From NCBI GenBank assembly GCA_003559555.1, contig PWLA01000155.1:1-26737 (forward strand): DNA of 26,737 bases, written 5' to 3'. Made by a program: the position numbers and the translations under genes. The notes beneath the pieces are model-generated. The model was not told the DNA's origin, ran no database searches, and was given only the letters and a program-made list of their open reading frames with translations. Position 1 is the first letter of the stretch. Every line of letters starts with the position of its first letter. Shown piece by piece: positions 17,096 through 26,542 of this stretch. The stretch comes from Gemmatimonadota bacterium (GTDB lineage: Bacteria > Gemmatimonadota > Gemmatimonadetes > Longimicrobiales > Gaopeijiaceae).

Positions 17096-17785
17096 GTGCT
17101 GACGCGTGGCCATCCCCTGGTCTGGCGCTCCTTCGAGCTCTTCTTTCAACCATGGCTGCGGCGACGGCTCCGGGGCGTCCATGTGGCCGGGCTTCCCCCC
17201 TCAGAATCCCTGGGATCCGGTCCGGTGGTTCTTGCGGCCAACCATGTGAGCTGGTTCGACGGCTTCCTGGCACGGGAGGCACAGCGACACCTTCGGCCGG
17301 ACGCCGTGTTTCGGACGCTGATGCTGGCGTCGGAGCTGAAGCGCTCCCGCACCCTCCGGGCGTTGGGCGGCATGGGGTTCGATCCTAATCGGCCCCTGAG
17401 CCTGCGAAGCGTCCTCCGCGCACTCTCCGATGTCCGGGACGACGGGCTCGTCGTGGCGTTCTTCCCCCAGGGAAGGATCTACCCCTCCTTTCGCCGACCG
17501 CTGGGGTTCGAGCCGGGCCTGGGGCTACTGACCCGAACGTTGGCCCCGTGCACTGTGGTGGGCCTGGGGCTGCACCTGGAGCAGGGAAACCATCTGGCTC
17601 CCCGGGCCTTCATCCATGCCACGGCGCCACTCCGGATTCCCGCCGACGAGGAGGCCGAGGTGGCGGAGGTCGAACGGCGCGTCCAGGATGCGCTGGAGGC
17701 CATCCACCGGGAACTGGCACGTTGGGGAGAGGATGCGTGGAAGCACTGGCCATCCGAACCTACCGGAGCGCTTTCCAAGCCCTGA
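17096..17785 (+). CDS. Lysophospholipid (1-acyl-glycerol-3-phosphate-type) acyltransferase, PlsC family
   Basis: It carries acyltransferase motif I NHVSWFDG and motif III FFPQGRI. There is no in-frame ATG. The GTG at 17096 is the first plausible start downstream of the divergent amidohydrolase gene. Confidence 0.65.
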   Translation: MLTRGHPLVWRSFELFFQPWLRRRLRGVHVAGLPPSESLGSGPVVLAANHVSWFDGFLAREAQRHLRPDAVFRTLMLASELKRSRTLRALGGMGFDPNRPLSLRSVLRALSDVRDDGLVVAFFPQGRIYPSFRRPLGFEPGLGLLTRTLAPCTVVGLGLHLEQGNHLAPRAFIHATAPLRIPADEEAEVAEVERRVQDALEAIHRELARWGEDAWKHWPSEPTGALSKP

Positions 17786-17798
17786 TGGAGAATCGTGG

Positions 17799-19184
17799 CT
17801 ACTGCTCGTCCCCGGTCCTTCCGAGCTGGTGGCGCAGCGAGTCCTCCAGGTCTTCAAAGAGGAAGGCGTACCCGGAGCTCAACGCCTTCTCCGGGAGGAC
17901 ACGCTGCCCCTGGAGAAGGAGCTCGCGTCCCATCTGGCCCAGCAGCGCTTCGATGGCCAGTGCCGGTGCCGGAAGGATCGTCATGCGACCCAGGACCCGC
18001 CCCAGCGTGTCGGTGAAGGAGGCATTGGGCACCGGGTTGGGCGCGGTGGAGTTCACCGCTCCCCTGACCTCGGGCGTGCCCAGGAGGTGAAGGATCAACC
18101 CCACGTGGTCGTCCAGATCGATCCACGACGCATATTGTCGGCCCGACCCCAGCCGGCCGCCCAGTCCCAGCTTGAAGGGCAGAAGAATGGTACCCAGCAC
18201 GCCCCCGGAAGGTGAGAGCACCAGCCCCGTGCGCAGGTGCACCGTGCGGATCCCCACGGCCCGGGCCGGGTGCGTCGCCTTCTCCCACCTTCGGCAGACA
18301 TCGGCCAGGAATCCGGTTCCGGGCGCTGCTCCCTCATTCAATGGTTCGTCGCCCCGATCTCCGTAGTAGTCGACCCCTGACGCGGAGATCAGCGTCCGGG
18401 GCGGACGGTCCAGCTCGGCCAGGGTGCGACTGAGGAGGGCCGTTCCGTCCTCGCGACTCCGGAGAATCGCCTCCTTCTTGGCCCGGGTCCACCGGATGCC
18501 GGCGATGGGTTCGCCGGCCAGGTGCACGACCGCGTCCATTCCCTCGAGCCCGCCGGCGTCGATCTCCCCGGCGGCGGGATCCCAATGGACCCAGTCGCCT
18601 CCCTCCTTCTGGCTTCGGCTGACCCGGGTCACCTGGTGCCCCCCGCTTCGGAGGAAATGCACCAGCGCCGAGCCGATCATTCCGGTGCTTCCGGTCACCG
18701 CCACCTTCAGGGCGCCGGTCCTTCGGTATCGTCGATGGAGCTCCAGGTCGTTGGCCAGCCGTCGCCCGCGGAAGGCGAACAGCCGCTGGAGGGTTCGTCG
18801 GATGAATCCCTCGGAGAAGGTTCGGCCCAGCGAACCCAGCGGCGGCGCCCAGTCCACCACATCCTCCACCGCGGTTCGGCCGTCGGTCAGTGGTTCGAAT
18901 CGGTGTTCGTGCCGCCAGTGGGCGAAGGGACCGGAGCGCTGCTCATCCACGAACCGTCGGTTCTCCTGGAACTCGGTGTGCTCCACCTCCCAGCGCAACT
19001 CCGCAGGTCCCTTCTTGAGGCCCAGCACCACTCGGCTCCCCTCCTGGATCCCCGTATCCTGACTCCGGATCCGAACCTCCTCCCAGGGTGGAGTCAGCCG
19101 CTGAAAGGCCCCCGACCGGGTATGCCAGTCGAAGACCTCCTCCACCGGATGGTCCAGTTCGATGCGATGGTTGAAGACGGGCAT
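17799..19184 (-). CDS. SRPBCC (START/polyketide-cyclase-like) domain fused to a TIGR01777/YfcH-type NAD-dependent epimerase-family domain (DUF1731 C-terminus)
   Basis: The start is taken at MPVFNHRIELDHPVEEVFDWHTRSGAFQRL, an SRPBCC N-terminus. A Rossmann motif VAVTGSTGMIGSALV follows, and the C-terminus matches the DUF1731 region. The frame stays open for a further 153 codons upstream, but that stretch is low-complexity (R/P/G-rich) and overlaps the photolyase gene. Confidence 0.6.
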   Translation of the reverse strand: MPVFNHRIELDHPVEEVFDWHTRSGAFQRLTPPWEEVRIRSQDTGIQEGSRVVLGLKKGPAELRWEVEHTEFQENRRFVDEQRSGPFAHWRHEHRFEPLTDGRTAVEDVVDWAPPLGSLGRTFSEGFIRRTLQRLFAFRGRRLANDLELHRRYRRTGALKVAVTGSTGMIGSALVHFLRSGGHQVTRVSRSQKEGGDWVHWDPAAGEIDAGGLEGMDAVVHLAGEPIAGIRWTRAKKEAILRSREDGTALLSRTLAELDRPPRTLISASGVDYYGDRGDEPLNEGAAPGTGFLADVCRRWEKATHPARAVGIRTVHLRTGLVLSPSGGVLGTILLPFKLGLGGRLGSGRQYASWIDLDDHVGLILHLLGTPEVRGAVNSTAPNPVPNASFTDTLGRVLGRMTILPAPALAIEALLGQMGRELLLQGQRVLPEKALSSGYAFLFEDLEDSLRHQLGRTGDEQ

Positions 19185-19216
19185 GGCATTGGCCTTCTGA
19201 AGGGAGGAGGGAGCGA

Positions 19217-20707
19217 TCAGTCGCCGAAGCGCTCCAGGTACCGGTCCAGATCCATCTTGCGGCGCGTGCTGTCCGACGTCATGGAGCGAACGGTGCCGAA
19301 GACGGGACGTTCGGGCCAGCCCCGGTCGTAGCGCCCCAGCACCCAGAAGATCCCCGACGTGGAGTTCGGGTTCCGTCCGTCCACCCCCCAGCGGTTGTTG
19401 AGCTCCAGCATGGTCTCCAGCGCCTGCCGGGGATGCGGGGACCATTCCAGGATCTTCTTGCCCCACAGCATCCGGAGGTAGTTGTGAATGACGCCGTAGT
19501 GCCGGAGTTCCCGCTGAGCGGCGTTCCAGAGGGGGTCGTGGGTCCGGGCCGCCTCGAACTCCTCCCGGGTGTAGAGGTGGGGCCGGGGGTCGTCGGCGTG
19601 GTCGGAGAGGGTGGCCCGAGCCCAGTCGGGGAGGGTCTCCCACGAGTCGTGGTCAGGGTCCTGCCATGCCGTCAAGTACCCCATCTCCCGCCAGGTCACG
19701 ATCTGATCCAGAAAGGCCTCCGCATCGGCTGACAGGCCCCACCATCCATACCGCTTTCCGTGGGTCTCAGCCGAGAGGTCCGCCGGGGTCCATCCCTCCC
19801 GATCCAGGACCGCCTCCACCACCTCGCGGCTCGAGATGTGGCCCCAGTGGAGGTAGGGTGAGAGTCCGCTGGTCCGGCCCCGGTCCGGATGATTCCGTTC
19901 CTCGGCGTATCCGGCGAGTCCCTCGTCGAGGAATCGGTCCAGGTGGGATCGAGCCGCCGTCCGACCTCCTGCGGCGGGAACGGGGGGCACGTCGTGATCG
20001 ATGGGAAGGCCGCCCAACCCTGAGCCCCGCAGAAGCAGGTCGCCGGCCGGTGGCCACCGCTTCGTGATCGGGGCGGGAAGGCCGGGGAAGGCGGGCAACG
20101 GGTCCCCCACCAGGGGATGCTCCCCGGGCCCCACCTCCAGGTGCTCGGGGAGCACCTTCTGCAGGTAACGTCGGAAGGAGTAGGCGGTCGTGAACCCCCG
20201 GTCCGGCCAGGCCAGGGGAAGGACTCCGTTGGAATCCATCGCCTCCAGGCGGACGTCCAGCTGGTGGCCGGCAGCCGCCACCATGCGGGGGAGGAAGAAG
20301 GAGGGAAAGTCGTCGGTGACCACCACCCCGGCCTGGGCAGCCAGCGCCTCCAGCAGCCCCTTTCCGGCGCCCACCGAGGGCTCCACATACGGGTAGTACC
20401 CGGCCCGGGCACCGTCCAATCGACTCCGGTGCTCGGCCATTCCGTCCAGGCAGAATCGGTGCAGCCGGGCCGACGCCCACCGGTAGTCCACCCGAAGCGC
20501 CTCCAGGATCAGGAGCGGAAGCCCCAGGTGTCGGGCCCACGAAACCGCTCGTTCGAGCCCCTGGTTCCACTCCAGGCGCCGCGCTGCAGTCATCCAGTAG
20601 AGGACCCATCGGCGACTGTCTCGCACGGGCTTTTCGTTCACCAGCCGCAGGCGGGCCCGTCGGGATGGCGACTGGAGGGGCGGGCCCGACACGGAGGCTG
20701 TGTTCAT
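19217..20707 (-). CDS. Deoxyribodipyrimidine photolyase, class II CPD photolyase type
   Basis: The N-terminus has RWVLYWMTAARRLEWNQGL, matching the class II 'VYWM' block. The C-terminal YLRMLWGKKILEW and IFWVLGRYDRGW match the class II FAD-binding region. The ATG is preceded by GAGAGGAG. Confidence 0.75.
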   Translation of the reverse strand: MNTASVSGPPLQSPSRRARLRLVNEKPVRDSRRWVLYWMTAARRLEWNQGLERAVSWARHLGLPLLILEALRVDYRWASARLHRFCLDGMAEHRSRLDGARAGYYPYVEPSVGAGKGLLEALAAQAGVVVTDDFPSFFLPRMVAAAGHQLDVRLEAMDSNGVLPLAWPDRGFTTAYSFRRYLQKVLPEHLEVGPGEHPLVGDPLPAFPGLPAPITKRWPPAGDLLLRGSGLGGLPIDHDVPPVPAAGGRTAARSHLDRFLDEGLAGYAEERNHPDRGRTSGLSPYLHWGHISSREVVEAVLDREGWTPADLSAETHGKRYGWWGLSADAEAFLDQIVTWREMGYLTAWQDPDHDSWETLPDWARATLSDHADDPRPHLYTREEFEAARTHDPLWNAAQRELRHYGVIHNYLRMLWGKKILEWSPHPRQALETMLELNNRWGVDGRNPNSTSGIFWVLGRYDRGWPERPVFGTVRSMTSDSTRRKMDLDRYLERFGD

Positions 20708-23700
20708 GTATCGCTCCTCTCGGAACCCGTGGGATCGGGACCCCGGAGATCGCCCAGGAGTCGAGCCAGAGTGGCGCTGAGTCGTTCCGCCACGGTTCCG
20801 TCTTTGTAGACCGTCCCAGCGGGTGCTCTGGCGAGCCCGGTCCGCTCCTGGTCGGGAAGATCCTTGCGGATCAGGAAGATCGCCGGCACGCCCCCCTCGG
20901 TGGACGCCATCCGAAGTCGATCCACCATTGAGAATCGCTCCAACACCGGGGGGCGGAGGTCCACGACGATCAGGTCCACGTCGACCCGCCGGACGAAACG
21001 AAGGGCGGCATCAGCCTCCTCCACCGAGTGCACCACCAGGCCCGCCTCGCGCAGGATCCGCTGCGCCGAAAGCCGAGTCTCCCCGCCCACTTCCACCAGG
21101 AGGGCCCGACTCGCCCCGGCACCCACGCTCCGCTCGAGGGCCCTCCCCATCTCCTGGTCCTCCGGCGGATCTCCCACCACATCCACCACCCCCGGTGCCC
21201 AGTTGCCGGCAGCTCCCCCCCTGGACATGGCCACCATGACGAACGGGATGGGAGCAAGCACCGGATCCCTGCGCATCTCCTCCAGGAGCTCCCATCCGCT
21301 CATTCCTCCGATGATCAGGTCGGAGGTGACCACATCCGGGCGCCGATCCCGGGCCTTGGCCAACGCCTCCTCACCACTGGCGGCAGTCCGAACCTGGCAG
21401 CCCAGATTCTCCATGTACTCGGCCAGGAGCTGCTGGGAATCCACGTGAGCCTCCACCACCAGCACGTGCTTGTCCTTCAGCGCCGAGGGCTTCGCCGCCG
21501 GGTGTGCGGGTCCCCCGCTCGGCGGATGGACGGCTCTTCGGGATGGCGCCTTCGGGTCCAACGTCGGTGGACGGGGCTCCCCCTCGGCCCGGGGGGATGC
21601 CGCTTTCGGGAACGTGCCGGGAGGAACGGGCTCCTCGTGCTTCTCTTCGGTGGTGGGGCCGACGTTCAAGCGGATGCTGAAGGTGGAGCCCTTGCCCTCT
21701 TCGCTGGAAACCGAGAGTTCGTGGCCCATGAGTGCGCAGAGAGATCTGGAAATCGTGAGCCCCAGCCCCGTCCCCCCGAATCGGCGGCTCGTACTCCCGT
21801 CAGCCTGGCGGAAGGCCTCGAAAATCCGCTGGAGTCGGTCCTCGGGGATCCCGATCCCGGTGTCCCGCACATGGATCGCCTTCGGCTCGGCGGTCTCCGG
21901 ATCGGTCTCCACCTCCACCCCGACGTTGCCCTCCTCGGTGAATTTGATGGCATTGCCCACCAGGTTGATGAGCACCTGCTTGAGCTTGCCCGCGTCCGTC
22001 TGGAGGGGGCGCGGAGGAAGGTGCCAGCTGTGGCGCAGCTCCACGCCCCGTTCCGCCACCTGACCCTCCATCTCCTGAATCACCGCCGGGACCAGCTCCT
22101 TCAGGTCCACCGCCTCCACCTCCAGCTCCATCTTGCCGGACTCGATCTTGGAGAGATCCAGGATCTGGTTGATGAGACTCAGGAGGTGTTTTCCGTTGGC
22201 CAGAATCCGTTCGAGGAACTCCCGGTCCCGGGCGGGCATCTCGTCCCCTCCCCGTCGCAGCAGGAGGTTGGCGAAGCCAATGACCGAGTTGAGGGGAGTT
22301 CGGAGTTCGTGGCTCATGCTGGCCATGAAGTGGCTTTTGGCCCGGTTTGCCTCCTCCGCGTCGCGCTTGGCCTGCCGCAACGCCTCCTCCACCTCCCGCC
22401 GGCGAGTGATGTCCTTGCTGAACACCACCACGCCTCCAGGGCCCTCCGGAGTCTCGAAGGGATGGAAGTAGAGCTCGTAGACCCGCACGGTGTCGCCGAT
22501 CTTTTCTTCGCGGCCGGCCACGAACCGGTTGCCGGCCAGCGCCCGGTCGTAGCAGTTGCGAAACCAGCCCACCTCCCAGGGCGCCACCACTTCCTCCACC
22601 GCGTCGCCAGGCTGAGGTGCTCGTCCCGTCAGCGCCTCGACCGTGAGGGCGAAGGCGGTGTTGAAGGTCACGAGCCGGTGATCGATATCCACGGACCAGA
22701 TGGCGTCGCCAGTGCTCTCGAAAAGCGCCCGAAGGTTCGCCTGGGATCGGGCCAGATCCCGCTCCGCCCGCGCCTGATCGGTGATGTCCCGGAAGATGGT
22801 GCGGGTGGCCACCGGCTTGCCGTCCTCGAAGCGGCAGTTGGAGCTCCCGGCCAGCGCTACCGCCTCTCCGTCGGCGGTCTGGAAGACCACCTCGAAGTCC
22901 CGCACCGCATCGCCCCGGCGCACCCGCTGGAGGATCTCCTTGAAGGCCTCCCGGGATCTGGGGTGGGTGACCGAGAGAATGTTCATCCCCTTCACCTCCT
23001 CGTCCGTGTACCCCAGGATTCGCTTCCATGCCTGGTTCACGTAGAGGATCCGGCCCTCGGGATCGGTGCTCTGGATCAGGTCGTTGGCATGGTCCAGGAA
23101 ATCCTGGAGCCGCTCCTCGCTCTCCTGCAGGATCGCCTCGGCTCGCCGCCGGGTCCGAACCTCCCGGGCCAGTGCCTCGTTGGCCGTGACCACCACGTGG
23201 GAGGTGTCCACCTGCTGCCGGAACGCCATGTGGACACTGGCCATGAGACCGATGAGGACCAAGCCGTAGCTGCCCAGCTTGACCACTCGACCGGCCAGCT
23301 CCGGCAGGTCCAGCGGGAGCTGCGACGGGCCGGCGAACCCCACCTGGACCAGCACGCAGGCCAGGAGGGCGCAGACGAGCCAGTGGTCGAAGGGATCTCG
23401 ACGCCAGCCGCCCCGGTGCAGGTAGCCTCCGGCGGCCACGGCGAAGAAGAGGGCAGGAATCAGCTCAGCAGGGCGACCGAAGAAGGCTCCGGGCCAGTAG
23501 GCCGATCCCAGGGGACCAGCGTAGAAGAAGACAAAAATGACCCCGGTCAGGGCCGCCGCGGTAAAGTAGATGGACAGCTCACGGCCGGGCCCCACAACCC
23601 CTTCGCCGGGAAGGTGCCTTCCGGCCTCCTCCTCTTCCTCTGCCGTCCTGCGGTCCAGGACCCACGCCAGCCAACTGGCGAAGAGGAAGAGGGAGAGGAA

Positions 23701-24108
23701 GAGCCTGGAGGCGAGCCAGCTCCACGCTGCAGCATCCTCCGGCCCGGCTGTGGGTCCAGGAGAGAGGGCCGGAGTCAGCACCAGAGCATGGTAGGCGTCG
23801 AGGACCGCCGTTCCCAGGAAGCCCATTCCGATGTAGAGGAAGGTGCGCCGCTTCCACGAGTAGTAGCGCACCAGCGCCAGAGCACCCACTACCAGGGCCA
23901 GAACGGTGGCTGCTGTTTCCAGGAGCGTCGGCAGATCGTCGCCATGGCTTCTGGGGTCGCCCATGGCCCAGACGGCGCCCAACACCAACGCCACCACCAG
24001 CAGCAGGTAGCTCAGGAGTCGACGCCGGCTCCGGTCCGGGAGCCCGTGATGCCCGGTGAGCGGGCTTATCCCGTCGGTCGCGCCGTCGTCCTGCTCCAGG
24101 CGGGTCAT
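20704..24108 (-). CDS. Hybrid sensor histidine kinase: 7TM N-terminal membrane domain, two PAS domains, HisKA, HATPase_c and two C-terminal receiver-like domains
   Basis: The H-box is MSHELRTPLNSVIGFANLL. The ATPase N, G1 and G2 blocks are LINLVGNAIKFT, RDTGIGI and GGTGLGL. The PAS cores are LYVNQAWKRILGYT and similar. The receiver segments are PDVVTSDLIIGGMSG and DLIVVDLRPP. The N-terminal 300 aa have about 7 hydrophobic helices. The stop overlaps the photolyase start (ATGA) and the start overlaps the stop of the upstream receiver gene. Confidence 0.9.
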   Translation of the reverse strand: MTRLEQDDGATDGISPLTGHHGLPDRSRRRLLSYLLLVVALVLGAVWAMGDPRSHGDDLPTLLETAATVLALVVGALALVRYYSWKRRTFLYIGMGFLGTAVLDAYHALVLTPALSPGPTAGPEDAAAWSWLASRLFLSLFLFASWLAWVLDRRTAEEEEEAGRHLPGEGVVGPGRELSIYFTAAALTGVIFVFFYAGPLGSAYWPGAFFGRPAELIPALFFAVAAGGYLHRGGWRRDPFDHWLVCALLACVLVQVGFAGPSQLPLDLPELAGRVVKLGSYGLVLIGLMASVHMAFRQQVDTSHVVVTANEALAREVRTRRRAEAILQESEERLQDFLDHANDLIQSTDPEGRILYVNQAWKRILGYTDEEVKGMNILSVTHPRSREAFKEILQRVRRGDAVRDFEVVFQTADGEAVALAGSSNCRFEDGKPVATRTIFRDITDQARAERDLARSQANLRALFESTGDAIWSVDIDHRLVTFNTAFALTVEALTGRAPQPGDAVEEVVAPWEVGWFRNCYDRALAGNRFVAGREEKIGDTVRVYELYFHPFETPEGPGGVVVFSKDITRRREVEEALRQAKRDAEEANRAKSHFMASMSHELRTPLNSVIGFANLLLRRGGDEMPARDREFLERILANGKHLLSLINQILDLSKIESGKMELEVEAVDLKELVPAVIQEMEGQVAERGVELRHSWHLPPRPLQTDAGKLKQVLINLVGNAIKFTEEGNVGVEVETDPETAEPKAIHVRDTGIGIPEDRLQRIFEAFRQADGSTSRRFGGTGLGLTISRSLCALMGHELSVSSEEGKGSTFSIRLNVGPTTEEKHEEPVPPGTFPKAASPRAEGEPRPPTLDPKAPSRRAVHPPSGGPAHPAAKPSALKDKHVLVVEAHVDSQQLLAEYMENLGCQVRTAASGEEALAKARDRRPDVVTSDLIIGGMSGWELLEEMRRDPVLAPIPFVMVAMSRGGAAGNWAPGVVDVVGDPPEDQEMGRALERSVGAGASRALLVEVGGETRLSAQRILREAGLVVHSVEEADAALRFVRRVDVDLIVVDLRPPVLERFSMVDRLRMASTEGGVPAIFLIRKDLPDQERTGLARAPAGTVYKDGTVAERLSATLARLLGDLRGPDPTGSERSDT

Positions 24109-24476
24109 CTCCCGGCTTCGAGCCTCCGGGCGATGGCATCCAGGAGCACCTCTTCATCGACGATGGGCTTGGTGAGATATTCGTCGAATCCCTGAGCCAG
24201 GTAGCGTTCCCGATCCCCGGCCATGGCGTGGGCCGTCAGTGCGATGACGGGGACCCCGGCAAGCCGGGAATCTCCCCGCATCCTCTGGAGCACTTCGCTC
24301 CCGTCCATCCCCGGGAGGGAGATGTCCAGGAGGACCAGGTCGGGCACGTGCTCCTGGAATCCCTCCAACGCGTCCGTGCCCGTCTCGTACTCCACCAGAT
24401 CGTAGAGATCCTCCAGGATCGCCTGCACCAGGAGCCGGTTGTCGGGATTGTCCTCCACCACTGCAATGGTCGCCAT
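24105..24476 (-). CDS. Stand-alone response-regulator receiver protein (CheY-like, no output domain)
   Basis: The 123-aa protein has an acidic pocket AVVEDNPDN, a phospho-acceptor in LVLLDISLPGMDG, and T and K blocks ALTAH...KP. Confidence 0.85.
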   Translation of the reverse strand: MATIAVVEDNPDNRLLVQAILEDLYDLVEYETGTDALEGFQEHVPDLVLLDISLPGMDGSEVLQRMRGDSRLAGVPVIALTAHAMAGDRERYLAQGFDEYLTKPIVDEEVLLDAIARRLEAGR

Positions 24477-24898
24477 CAGGTCTCATCTCCCTTCGAGGGT
24501 TCGGGCTCGTCGGGACGGAGCGTTTCCAGGGCCCCGACGGTGGCCCGGTAGGACTGCAGGAGTTCATCCACCAGGCGAGGCACCTGGCCATCGTCCCCCT
24601 TCCCTGCCGCCGCCGCTTCCAGCCGTCCCGCCCGCTCGCGGAGGTCGTCCGCTCCCAGGTTGGCCGCCGATGACTTGAGGGAGTGCGCGGCCCGCTCCAC
24701 CCGCTCCATATCACCGCTGGCGGCCCCTTCCTCCAGTGCCCGGGTCCGTTCGGGGCCCAGCTCGATGAAGAGCCCGATCATCCGACCCAGGAGGGCGTCT
24801 CCGCCCCAGGAGCGCAGCCGGCTGATGGCTTCCTGATCCACCACGCGGCCATCGGACTCGGGGACGTCGGCGCCGGCCCCCGGGGACGACCCGCTCAT
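24476..24898 (-). CDS. Hpt (histidine phosphotransfer) domain protein
   Basis: It carries the [12 protein letters not shown] motif (HxxKGxxxxxGA) within a predicted helical bundle. The stop TGA overlaps the receiver ATG (TGATG). The start ATG overlaps the rpe stop (ATGA). Confidence 0.7.
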   Translation of the reverse strand: MSGSSPGAGADVPESDGRVVDQEAISRLRSWGGDALLGRMIGLFIELGPERTRALEEGAASGDMERVERAAHSLKSSAANLGADDLRERAGRLEAAAAGKGDDGQVPRLVDELLQSYRATVGALETLRPDEPEPSKGDET

Positions 24899-25587
24899 GC
24901 CCGGGTCCTCCCGGCACCCGCCGCGGCGTCCCTGAGCCGGGCCATGGCTTCTCCCAGCGGGTCCGTTGCGCCGAAGAGCGCCGAGCCCGCCACCAGGACG
25001 TTGGCTCCCGCCGCCACCACCGCCGGAGCGGTGGAGGGGTCGATGCCGCCGTCCACCTGGATCTCCACCTCGCCGTCCCGCCCCTCCTCTCCCAGGAGCC
25101 GTTTCAGACGTCGCAGCTTGTCCACCGATCGGGGGATGAAGCTCTGGCCTCCGAATCCCGGGTTCACCGTCATGACCAGGACCAGGTCCACCCACGCCAC
25201 CGCCTCCCGGAGGGTCTCCACCGGGGTCGAGGGGTTCAGCGCCACCCCCGGCCTGGCGCCGGCCTCCCGGATCCCCTGTACCACCCTGTGGAGGTGAGGA
25301 CAGGTCTCCTGGTGCACCGTGATCCAGTCCGCGCCTGCCTGGGCGAAGGCGCCGATGTACCGCTCCGGCGCCTCGATCATCAGGTGCACGTCCACCGGCA
25401 GGTCGGTGGCCTGGCGGACCGCCCGGGTGACGGCTGGGCCGATGGTGATGTTCGGAACGAAGTGGCCGTCCATGACGTCCACGTGGATCCAGTCCGCCCC
25501 CGCCGCCGCGGCCCGCTGCACATCGGCGGCCAGCGCCCCGAAGTCGGCCGACAGAATGGACGGGGCGATCCTCACCGGCCGCCTCAT
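24895..25587 (-). CDS. rpe: Ribulose-phosphate 3-epimerase
   Basis: [39 protein letters not shown] and QVDGG match Rpe across the whole length. Confidence 0.9.
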   Translation of the reverse strand: MRRPVRIAPSILSADFGALAADVQRAAAAGADWIHVDVMDGHFVPNITIGPAVTRAVRQATDLPVDVHLMIEAPERYIGAFAQAGADWITVHQETCPHLHRVVQGIREAGARPGVALNPSTPVETLREAVAWVDLVLVMTVNPGFGGQSFIPRSVDKLRRLKRLLGEEGRDGEVEIQVDGGIDPSTAPAVVAAGANVLVAGSALFGATDPLGEAMARLRDAAAGAGRTRA

Positions 25588-26294
25588 GCACTCCCCTCGG
25601 CCCGCGCCAGTCGCTGAACCTCCTGGCCGGTCCCAACCAGCGCCAGATGAGCCACCCCCAGGAAGAGACCGGTCTCCACCACACCGGCCCGTTCGTGCAG
25701 GATCCGGTCCACCTCGGCCGGGTCTTCCAATCCGCCGTCAAAGTGCAGGTCCACGATGGGATTTCCGTTGTCCGTGATCACGAGGCGGCCCGCGTCGTCC
25801 CGCCGAGCCTCGGGTTCGGCACCCAGCTCCCGGAAGAAGGGAAGGTGGACCGGCCAGCTGAAGGAGACCACCTCCACCGGCACGGGGGCCCGGGTCCCCA
25901 GTTGCTTGACCCGCTTGGAGCCGTCGGCCACCACCACGAAACGTCGGGAGGCCTGCACCACCATCTTCTCCCGAAGAAGGGCCCCTCCGAGCCCCTTCAC
26001 GAGCTCCAGCTCGTCTGTGACCTCGTCGGCGCCGTCCACCGCCAGATCCAGCTCCCGGACCTCGGCCAGCTCCACCAGGGGGATTCCCAGCGTCCGGGCC
26101 CGGGCGTCGGTGTCCTCCGAGGTGGGCACACCCCGGATTCCCTCCAGACGTCCCCCCTGGATCTCACGGGCCAGGGCGTCCAGAAAGTGCCTCACGGTGC
26201 TCCCGGTGCCGAGACCCAGGGTCATGCCCGACTCCACCTCCCCCACCGCCGCCGCACCGGCCATCCGCTTCGCTTCTTCGGCCGAAGCCCCCAC
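25584..26294 (-). CDS. rpiA: Ribose-5-phosphate isomerase A
   Basis: [11 protein letters not shown] matches the RpiA G-x-G-x-G-S-T loop. [11 protein letters not shown] and DGADEV also match RpiA. The start is either the GTG at 26294, giving the usual 10-aa N-terminus ([18 protein letters not shown]), or the ATG at 26264. The six-frame ORF extends far upstream without biological support. Confidence 0.85.
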   Translation of the reverse strand: MGASAEEAKRMAGAAAVGEVESGMTLGLGTGSTVRHFLDALAREIQGGRLEGIRGVPTSEDTDARARTLGIPLVELAEVRELDLAVDGADEVTDELELVKGLGGALLREKMVVQASRRFVVVADGSKRVKQLGTRAPVPVEVVSFSWPVHLPFFRELGAEPEARRDDAGRLVITDNGNPIVDLHFDGGLEDPAEVDRILHERAGVVETGLFLGVAHLALVGTGQEVQRLARAEGSA

Positions 26295-26542
26295 GCTCCG
26301 GGTACTCACGCCCACCGCCCAGGGACGGTCTGCCGGATCGGCCCGGTGGGCTTCGGCCCTTCGGGGTGGAGGCGAGATCCGTCCGGCTCGCGTGCTGGCG
26401 TCATGGATGAGGTCCCGTGAAAGAAAGGAAGCAGAATGATGATGAGGGGCGCGCCCGGTCCAAAAGGTATCCCCGGCCTCTCGTGCGAACCAGTGTCCGC
26501 ACGGACCCATCCTCCCACCTCTGGAAGCTCGCCGGCCCCTCA

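Noticed and set aside
21028-24195. 1055-aa plus-strand ORF antisense to the hybrid histidine kinase; also 21800-23029 (-), 4774-6237 (+), 6838-7920 (+), 8938-10215 (-), 10224-11681 (-) and 1497-2651 (+)
   Set aside because: All are antisense or out-of-frame shadows of genes with strong motif support. Their translations are Arg/Pro/Gly-rich and lack any recognisable motifs.
26306-26518. 70-aa minus-strand ORF in the rpiA leader, starting at the ATG at 26404
   Set aside because: It is out of frame with rpiA, has no RBS and a low-complexity translation, and overlaps the module B repeat region.
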